A DNA stretch of 55,470 nucleotides from Octopus bimaculoides (Eukaryota). The position numbers and the translations under genes were made by a program. Positions 53,002-55,470 of the stretch are shown in pieces. Location of the stretch: contig NC_068984.1 of assembly GCF_001194135.2 (NCBI RefSeq), forward strand, positions 65,654,330-65,709,799. Reading direction: 5' to 3'. The notes below the pieces were generated by a model that did no database searches, was not told where the DNA came from, and saw only the letters and a list, made by a program, of their open reading frames with translations. How positions within the stretch are numbered: position 1 is the first letter of the stretch; every line of letters starts with the position of its first letter.

Positions 53002-53183
53002 TCGAAAAATACGCTAGGAATGAGAAACCATGTTCGAAATTTCCCCAAGACATTTCAAGAAGGCTGGAAGGTATATCAGCCGAAACGTTGTGTTAACAAC
53101 AAACAAGATGAGAACAAATATCTGTCAAATGTAAATAATGTAAATAATGTACATAATTTCTCATCTCTTAAATATAGAACTGT
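52549..53183. mobile_element. Head-to-head inverted pair of tRNA-like/(AAT)n/Penelope-type terminal repeat units
   Basis: Left arm 52549-52814 is the reverse complement of right arm 52829-53149; decayed hammerhead cores at 52605-52648 (-) and 53049-53093 (+). Confidence 0.88.
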
Positions 53184-53384
53184 AGATATTTTTAAGTTGT
53201 AAAAAAATTTATAACTGAATGTGAATTTTTCTTTAAATGTCAAATCTATCAGGAAGAAATACAGGGAAGAAATGAGATAATACACAGGTTTATTGGGACA
53301 GAACCTTATAAGAAAAATACAAGTACAACACCATAATGCCTCCGAAAGAGAGTTCGAGAATTTTCTTCCAGTTTCTATCTTCCT

Positions 53385-53432
53385 ACGCACACATACACAC
53401 AAGCACACAGGTAGTGCACGCACGCACGCACG

Positions 53433-53506
<74 letters not shown>

Positions 53507-53560
53507 GACACACATACAAGCACGCATGCACGCACGTACAGACGCACACAAACACACGCA
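53385..53560. repeat. (CA)n/(CACG)n microsatellite
   Basis: Direct reading. Confidence 0.95.
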
Positions 53561-55149
53561 CGTTTCTCTGAGAGTATTTTTATGCATAATAGAAAGAAAA
53601 TTATATAGGCCTACCGAAGAAATAATTTTGAATGTATAACTTTAGATTAGGGCAAACAATACACAGAGATAAAGGAACAAATAGCGATAAAAAAAAGATA
53701 TATATTTGAAAAGGATTTAAAAGAAAGTAAGTTATAGAAAATTTTCCCCACAGAAAAATGTTCTGCAAGAACCGATACAAATGAAGTCAAGCAGTAGATA
53801 TGTTAAAATCGCTGACAAATCTTCACTAAAGAGAATAACATGAGATTTGATTTTAGATGCGCAGAATAAATATAAATGAGAGAAACACAACTTAAACTGC
53901 CGCACAAAAATTAGTTCTGGGAGGTCTATCTGTTACCGAACAAAGTCTAAACTGCAATGAACACACAAGAATTATTTATTGCCCTATATAGAAATAACTC
54001 AATGAGATTACATACACAGCGTATTTATAATACGTTGTATTATACTTATGGTGTGACTTAGGTATAAGTATTATACTTATTATGTAAGTTTGGGAATATT
54101 CTTAGAGTGTTGATTAGGAAATAAAAAAGCCTCTGATATGATAAAGTCTGATTGAATAATCAGTGTTTCGCCTATCATTGATTAGAGGCGAATTTCATCA
54201 GACTACAAGGATATACAAATATGCAATCTCTGAGTATATGCGATAGGGATAATATTCAGTAGATAGATTAAAATAAAATTAAAAATTACTGTAACGAAAA
54301 CATAAGGAAAATATTCATCTCGTTTGATAAACGATGCTTGTTCCACTTGTTTTTAATAAATGGTTTCTTGCATTAGACACTTATGAATAAATACACCGAC
54401 GGCTTTAATGGTCTATGCTTCATCTCACCTCATTTTTTAATATAAATTAATACATCTATACAATTCCTGTATACACGTATATACACGCACACACATGTGC
54501 AAGCACAAACGACGTTTGTATAAGATTATATATGCAAATGTATACGCAAGTGTAGATTTATATATGTACATTTATGTACGCGAATGTATGTGTGGTTCTA
54601 CGCGTCTGTTAATGTGAATTTTGTGAAATTAAATTAAAACTGATTTTAATAATCCATTTTAACTTAACATAAAAACTACGCTGGGATTACAACAATTTTC
54701 ATCAACAGTATAAATACTTAAATTTCAAAAGAATTACTCTCGTAGTATCTATTTCTAATGAATTGTAATATCAAACATTGCAAACAGAAATTTTATCCAG
54801 AACGTAAATATATCTAGAACACAATTTATTCGTATAATGATACAATGGAAACCCTACATTGTTGTAAATATAGTGTGAATTAAATACATATTAACACCTG
54901 AAATGTAAAGCCTTGCACTGTAATTAATATAATGTGCTATAAATAGGTAATAACACATGAGATGTGCCTCAGCTTCCACCTTCCAACTTAGTATAATCAT
55001 ATTTGTTGTATATGCCTTGTGCTTTAATCTGTACTTGAATTTGAATTTCTTTCTCATGTTTTCCATTTCATTCAAAAATACATTAACTATATTCATGTAA
55101 TGTGCGTCTCTACTAATTTTAAGGCCTTGCTTTTAGCAAAGAAACGTAT

Positions 55150-55470
55150 GGTATAACTGAATTTACATGTATGTACACACACACACACACAAACACATTC
55201 ATGTACATTTTTATATACACATATACATGTGTACACACACATTTTAATATATACACCTACACACGCATGGACAACTATTTTTATATTCAAATGCATACAC
55301 ATATTTTCATATGCACATACCTACGCATACACACACACACACACACACACAAGCACACACACATACACTCATATATATAAATACACACACATACATACAC
55401 ATAATATATATATATATATATATATATACATGCACACACATACTCACACACACACACACACACACACACA
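55150..55470. repeat. Degenerate CA/TA microsatellite region
   Basis: Direct reading. Confidence 0.9.

Overview
AT-rich, microsatellite- and transposon-dense eukaryotic genomic DNA with four N gaps. The SINE, RTE-tail and Penelope-type repeats match those I recognise from Octopus, so a cephalopod source is likely (inference). There is no long intact ORF, and most ORF-track entries are translated microsatellites. Solid content: degraded RTE, R4/Dong-like and Hero-like non-LTR elements, a Penelope-like remnant, Tc1 and mariner remnants, a short Helitron derivative, two tRNA-derived SINE families, several MITE/foldback elements and a 2 kb 10-bp minisatellite with higher-order structure. A spliced gene probably runs through the window. 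The best model is on the minus strand (first exons at 41.6 and 40.0-40.4 kb, more down to 0.3 kb), but a competing phase-coherent plus-strand chain exists, and I cannot name the protein. Most unusual signals: hammerhead ribozyme motifs (19.2 kb and 35.7 kb, decayed pair at 52.6/53.1 kb), and a ~600 bp palindrome of a tRNA-like head fused via (AAT)n(AAC)n to a hammerhead-bearing Penelope-type terminal repeat. TE boundaries were read by eye and are approximate.
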